Below are positions 56,229 to 60,928 of a stretch of 60,928 nt of DNA, piece by piece. The stretch comes from a virus (lineage: Duplodnaviria > Caudoviricetes). The stretch is taken from IMG/VR virus record IMGVR_UViG_3300025018_000165, positions 1 through 60,928 of that record. One strand, written 5' to 3'. Position numbers and translations under genes: made by a program. Every line of letters starts with the position of its first letter. Position 1 is the stretch's first letter. The notes beneath the pieces were generated by a model that searched no databases, was not told the origin of the DNA, and saw only the letters and a list, made by a program, of their open reading frames with translations.

Positions 56229-58727
56229 ATGCCCGATCAACCAATTGAATCACCTGAAGCGACAATGGCCCGCATTCAAAGCGAGGTAGCGGCCAAAGCT
56301 GGAATGCAAGAGACCCAGCAAGAAACCTTGTCTAATGTTCTCAAATCCCCTGAAGAAGGTGGATCAAATATTGGTTTACCGGCAGGAACTGATGTCCCGA
56401 AAGCTCTTGAAGCTAATCCGGCTACTAGACAGCTAATTGAAGAAGCCATAGCTATCCAAACCGGCAAAAAGACTCAAACATCTGAAACTGCCAGAGAAGC
56501 TCTTGATGAATCACAAAAGATTATTGATCAAGACCGATTGGATTATCAACCTTATAACGGTCAGATTAAAGAGCGGACACAAAAATATCCTCAAGGTGAA
56601 GCAATCAGAACTGGAACATTAAGTGTTGAAAATGTTGGTATACCTTCAGGAACTACCGATACTTCTGGATTAACTCCTGAACAAGCAGATTTATTCAACA
56701 GGATTCAGCAACTCAATCAGACCACTTATGACCAAACTGTTGCTAATATTCAAAGGAATGTTCAAGAACAAACTCAAGCTGCACAATCTGCTCAAAAAAT
56801 AGCCTCTGGAGCTTCCAGAGCTCAATTAGCTCGAATGGGAGCTTTAAACGTCACTTCGGCTGGTATTCAGTATATGAACGACCTGAATAATCAACACGTA
56901 GCTGAATTGAATAAAATAACCCGTGCCGGTTTAGACGCTTTGAATGAAGCTCAACGAGCAAAAGAAGGCGGTGACTTAGAATTGCTTAGCAAAAAACTTG
57001 ATGCAGTTCGTCAGAATAAACTAGATATTCAACAAGCTAATGCGAACTATTTAAATGAGCTTCAAACAATGGCTCAAATTTCCAAATTACAGCGTGATAG
57101 CGTTTCGGAAAGCATTAACGCTATGGTGAGTGCCGGTTTTGACCCTGATACAATCCCTCAAGGTCTTTTAGAGACTTATGACGTAAAAGCTGGTTATCTA
57201 CCAGGGACTACCCGTGGAATGATGGAAATGGCTCAAATGGAGCAATATGCAGCTGTGGAGACCAATAATATGGATAGGGCTACTAAGATGGTCGATTTGT
57301 TAAATAAAATCCCTTATGGCGAGCCGATTACTATTGGTGAAAGCACATATTACGGAATGAAGTCGAATGATTTAGATTGGAAATTAGAAGTAGACAATAC
57401 TGGTCGCGGAACAGCAGTTGTATTTGATCCGTTAACCGGAGGTTTTAGCACTCAAAATTTAGGTTATATCGGGTCTCCTAAAAACAATTTTCAATTGCAA
57501 TTTGACGGTGAAGGAAAACCTTGGAACTTCGACCCAACTACTGGGCAGTTATTTTATGCAGGTCCTAGTTCAGCTAATTATAGCGGTGTTATACCTGACG
57601 GAACAGATTTTAATTGGGCAGACCCAGAAGGCGGATATTTTACCGGTGAATGTGGTGAATTTATCCGCTGGTATTCAAACGGATCAGTGAGGGTCGGAAA
57701 TTCGTTAGAGGAAAAGAAAGCAATAATTGATGATTCAATCGGTGGAAAAGACAATCCGGTGCAAGTCGGTGATATTGTTGTCCAAAACATTGGTGGTTGG
57801 ACTGGTCACATCGCTGTGGTGAATTCAGTTGAAACTGATTCGAATACCGGAAAAACAATAATCCGTCTTACTGAAGCTAATAGGAATAATGACGGTAAAA
57901 TTACAAACACTGCACAAGTTGCTTTAGACAGCTCTACTATCGTCGGATTTGCGAGACCTCCTGAAATAAATTTCGATATGGCTGTTGGAACAGACATTAG
58001 AACTGCTCCAGAGTTTACTCCGAAAGTCGATATTAAACCCGATTTGGTTCAAGACGGCCAACCCTATAAATTAGTTAATGGAGTCTATAAACCAATTACT
58101 GTCGAGAAAACACCCGCACAAATTGAAGCAGAGACTTTAAAGAAATCTGAAGAATACAAAAATCAGCTGTTAGTTCAACAAGATTTGAACCAACGATTGG
58201 ATACTATTAATTCAGTATTGGACAGCAATGCTCTCAGTTTGATGGTTGGCCCAAATTTCTTGTCTCGTAGAAGCATTTTAAATGCAGCTGCTTATAGCAA
58301 TTTCTCTGGTGAAGCAGATTTAATTGCTTCAAAAGTAAAACAAATTACTAGTCAAGAAACCCTAAACGCTTTGATCAATGCAAAAGCTAAAGGCGCGACT
58401 TTTGGTGCGTTAAGTGAAGGTGAGTTAAAAATTCTCTCTGATTCTGCAACGATTCTAAATGATGCAACGAAAACAAACTCATTGGGACAGACTTACTTCG
58501 ATATGTCTGAAGCAGCTTTCAAAGAAGAGTTAAATCGATTTAAGACAATGGCGAAAAAAGCATTTGATATATCAAATGGAAATATTTTGCCAACTAAAAA
58601 ATTAATGGTTGAATTCTTCGGCGAACCTAATCCAGGAGAAGTTTTCGCTAAGAACATTGAAACTGGCGAATATGCGGTAGTGACGAAGGACGAATTAACT
58701 AAAGGAAGTTTTATTGAAATTAGATAA
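56229..58727 (+). CDS. Ejection protein with CHAP-like amidase/peptidase domain
   Basis: Q-rich coiled coil; GECGEFIR (Cys), GHIAVV (His), EAN; GATFGALSEGEL. Confidence 0.75.
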   Translation: MPDQPIESPEATMARIQSEVAAKAGMQETQQETLSNVLKSPEEGGSNIGLPAGTDVPKALEANPATRQLIEEAIAIQTGKKTQTSETAREALDESQKIIDQDRLDYQPYNGQIKERTQKYPQGEAIRTGTLSVENVGIPSGTTDTSGLTPEQADLFNRIQQLNQTTYDQTVANIQRNVQEQTQAAQSAQKIASGASRAQLARMGALNVTSAGIQYMNDLNNQHVAELNKITRAGLDALNEAQRAKEGGDLELLSKKLDAVRQNKLDIQQANANYLNELQTMAQISKLQRDSVSESINAMVSAGFDPDTIPQGLLETYDVKAGYLPGTTRGMMEMAQMEQYAAVETNNMDRATKMVDLLNKIPYGEPITIGESTYYGMKSNDLDWKLEVDNTGRGTAVVFDPLTGGFSTQNLGYIGSPKNNFQLQFDGEGKPWNFDPTTGQLFYAGPSSANYSGVIPDGTDFNWADPEGGYFTGECGEFIRWYSNGSVRVGNSLEEKKAIIDDSIGGKDNPVQVGDIVVQNIGGWTGHIAVVNSVETDSNTGKTIIRLTEANRNNDGKITNTAQVALDSSTIVGFARPPEINFDMAVGTDIRTAPEFTPKVDIKPDLVQDGQPYKLVNGVYKPITVEKTPAQIEAETLKKSEEYKNQLLVQQDLNQRLDTINSVLDSNALSLMVGPNFLSRRSILNAAAYSNFSGEADLIASKVKQITSQETLNALINAKAKGATFGALSEGELKILSDSATILNDATKTNSLGQTYFDMSEAAFKEELNRFKTMAKKAFDISNGNILPTKKLMVEFFGEPNPGEVFAKNIETGEYAVVTKDELTKGSFIEIR

Positions 58728-58728
58728 T

Positions 58729-60636
58729 ATGTCTGTTCGAATTTTATCCGCTCCACAACTAAATCAACCACAAAACGAAGTATCACCTCAGAAACCTGAA
58801 GAAAAGAAAAAAGGTATTTTTTCTAGCATTTATGAAGATTTAAAAGGCCGTGGGGTAAGGATTCTTGATCGAGCTTCTTTAGCTTCTGAAAATATCTCAA
58901 GGTCGATGGCAAGAGAAGCGGCTGGCGGTCAATCTAGGCCAAGCACAGTTTTCCAAACTTTAGGAGAACTTGGTTCTGTTGGAACAGAAATTGCAACTGA
59001 AACTTTAGGAGCAGGATTAAAGGGGATTGCCAATATCTCTGCGGGTGTTAGGTCAGGTGATAAAACAATGTCTGAACAGTATCAAATAGATGCTCAGGGA
59101 ATTAAAGATGGCCTCAATTTAGCTTTCAATACTGAATTTGGTAAAAAATTAGCTACAAATGTAGAGGAATTAGGTTTTCAATGGAAGAAATTACAAGAGA
59201 CAAATCCTGTTTTAGCAGGAAACATTAAGGCTGGTGGTCAAATTGCTGATTTCGTTCTTACTTTTGCATCGCCTGAATTATTAAAAGCTCCATTTCAAAG
59301 TCTGGTAAAAACTGTTGAAAAGGAAGCGTCTTTTATTGGTAAACAATTTGCTTCTAGATTAACAAAAGAAGCAGAACAATCCGCATTAAAAACAACTGGT
59401 GAAGCAGCATTAAAGTCAGCTGAAGGTGTTGCTCAAAAACCTTCAACTGCTGGAAGTTTGATTAGTGAATATACTGAACGAATACCAAGAGCAGTAGAAA
59501 AACTACAATCACGTGCTGAACAAGCTGCTTTACGTGCAGAACGAATTGCTAATGCTACTCCTGATGTAGCTCAAGCTATTAAAGTTGGCCTAGATGATGG
59601 GATCATAAATACTATAGAGCAAGCCTCACCGGCCACAAAAAATGCCTATAAAGAAATGGTTGAGAATGCGTCTTCATCTGCTTATGATGTTAATAGAACA
59701 CTTAAGGTGACTTCTCCGACTTCACCTATTACAAAATCTGCTGACGAAATTCTTACCATTCTAAATGATGAACGAAAGTCTATTGGCCAAAAAATCGGTA
59801 CTGCTTCAGACGCTTTACCGACCAAATACGTTTCAATGGGTGATGCCAGATTGGAGATGGAGGAAGGATTACGAATGGCAGGGATTAAAGTGACGGATGC
59901 TGGATTAGATTTTGGTGGTCTTTATTCCAAAGCTCAACAATCAAAGATTAATGAGTTATACGAGTTAGCAACCGAAGGATTAAATAGAATTACTGCTAGG
60001 CAGGTTCATCAGAAAGATCAATTATTCAGCCAGCTTCAACGTGAAGCAAGAATGGAGGGTGTTGGCGATGTTCTAGTTAAAATGCCTAACGGAGACCTAA
60101 AATCAATGTTTCAGATTTTCCGAGAAGTTTATAGCAATAAATTAGATACATTGAGTCCAGAAATTCGTGAGCTTAATCGACAATATCGCGAGTCTGTTTT
60201 GTTATTAGATGATTTGGATAACACAATTTTGAAATCACCTGGAAACATTACTAATACAGCTAATCCAGCTGAATTTGCACAGATTAACTTGCGCCGAATT
60301 TTATCAGATGCCCAAAGTGCTCCAGCCTTCGAATCAGTTATGGATACAGCTTATACTAAGGCTGTTGAGTTAGGATATGAAGGTGCTGATCCTTCAGACT
60401 TAATCAGATTTTCATCTAAAATGCGTGATTTGTATCCGACTGTTATTCCGTCAAATAGTTTCCCAGGTGGAATTAGAACTGGTGTTAAAAGTGCAGTTGG
60501 TGATTTAGCTTCTAAATTCCTTGAACTCGGAAAACCAGGGTTAGAAGACCAACAGATTGCTTTGGAAAAATTACTCGGTATTTCAAGAGCCAAACAAATC
60601 ATAACCGGTAAAGTTCCAAGAAGCCAAAACAGATGA
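58729..60636 (+). CDS. Ejection / DNA-transfer protein B
   Basis: Helical A/E/K-rich protein, last gene of module. Confidence 0.65.
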   Translation: MSVRILSAPQLNQPQNEVSPQKPEEKKKGIFSSIYEDLKGRGVRILDRASLASENISRSMAREAAGGQSRPSTVFQTLGELGSVGTEIATETLGAGLKGIANISAGVRSGDKTMSEQYQIDAQGIKDGLNLAFNTEFGKKLATNVEELGFQWKKLQETNPVLAGNIKAGGQIADFVLTFASPELLKAPFQSLVKTVEKEASFIGKQFASRLTKEAEQSALKTTGEAALKSAEGVAQKPSTAGSLISEYTERIPRAVEKLQSRAEQAALRAERIANATPDVAQAIKVGLDDGIINTIEQASPATKNAYKEMVENASSSAYDVNRTLKVTSPTSPITKSADEILTILNDERKSIGQKIGTASDALPTKYVSMGDARLEMEEGLRMAGIKVTDAGLDFGGLYSKAQQSKINELYELATEGLNRITARQVHQKDQLFSQLQREARMEGVGDVLVKMPNGDLKSMFQIFREVYSNKLDTLSPEIRELNRQYRESVLLLDDLDNTILKSPGNITNTANPAEFAQINLRRILSDAQSAPAFESVMDTAYTKAVELGYEGADPSDLIRFSSKMRDLYPTVIPSNSFPGGIRTGVKSAVGDLASKFLELGKPGLEDQQIALEKLLGISRAKQIITGKVPRSQNR

Positions 60637-60811
60637 CCTAACTACTTCAATCAAACAAGCCAAACAAGCTGGTCAGTCTTTTGATGAGTGGGTGAATGGG
60701 AGAATGGAGAATATTGGACCAACCGGTGCTAGGTTTAGTGCTTTTCAATATAATCCTGACATAATCAAAACCCGCTCCCAACTAAAATCACAATGGGATA
60801 AAATTAATTAA
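60605..60811 (+). pseudogene. Out-of-frame 68-codon remnant or extension of an ejection gene
   Basis: Open +1 frame with no start codon at its 5' end, ending IKTRSQLKSQWDKIN-stop 7 nt before the next ATG. Confidence 0.45.
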
Positions 60812-60928
60812 AATCAATATGCCCCAACCTACTAACGGGGAACTTAAACTGATGATCGAAAATATACAAAATCTTATGGAGGCCGGCTTTGCTGAAAATA
60901 GCCGTTGTCATAAGGAGGTGAACGATCA
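60802..60928 (+). repeat. Right junction repeat including partial holin-like gene (60819 onward)
   Basis: Exact 127-bp copy of 22532-22658. Confidence 0.97.

Noticed and set aside
1-60928. Simple circular genome with direct terminal repeats
   Set aside because: The two ends do not match each other beyond a 13-mer; each matches a different internal site
1-60928. Tandem prophages in a host chromosome
   Set aside because: No integrase, repressor or host flanking genes recognised, and only one replication module is present
1-60928. Alternative genetic code (stop-codon reassignment)
   Set aside because: Long genes are intact under the standard code and TAA, TAG and TGA all end tightly packed genes

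Overview
The window is entirely tailed-phage DNA, podovirus-like (no tape measure or sheath gene recognised). It has an unusual three-part layout: virion module A (~347-22346), one shared lysis/early/replication core (~22532-36186) and a second, non-orthologous virion module B (~36431-60811). Each module has its own TerS, TerL, portal, scaffold, major capsid, adaptor, tail and ejection genes. Both window ends point back into the core: 1-346 is a diverged copy of 36100-36445 (first 87 bp identical) and 60802-60928 is an exact 127-bp copy of 22532-22658. The sequence therefore describes a figure-of-eight: circle A+core (36,099 bp) and circle core+B (38,270 bp), or an A-core-B-core cointegrate (74,369 bp). 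Sequence alone cannot separate one replicon with two alternative virions from two co-occurring module-swapped phages merged by the assembler. Other highlights: a GroEL/GroES pair between TerS and TerL, with a class 3-type LAGLIDADG intein in the GroEL GDGTTT ATP-binding motif; papain-like peptidases in two homologous lysis-like cassettes; a Shine-Dalgarno-led array of Cys-rich microgenes in an otherwise SD-free genome; an iteron/palindrome origin candidate; and several structured non-coding segments. Sigma70 promoters, DnaA boxes and SD-less AT-rich starts point to a bacterial host, possibly Patescibacteria (inference only). All product calls come from motif reading and gene order, not database searches.
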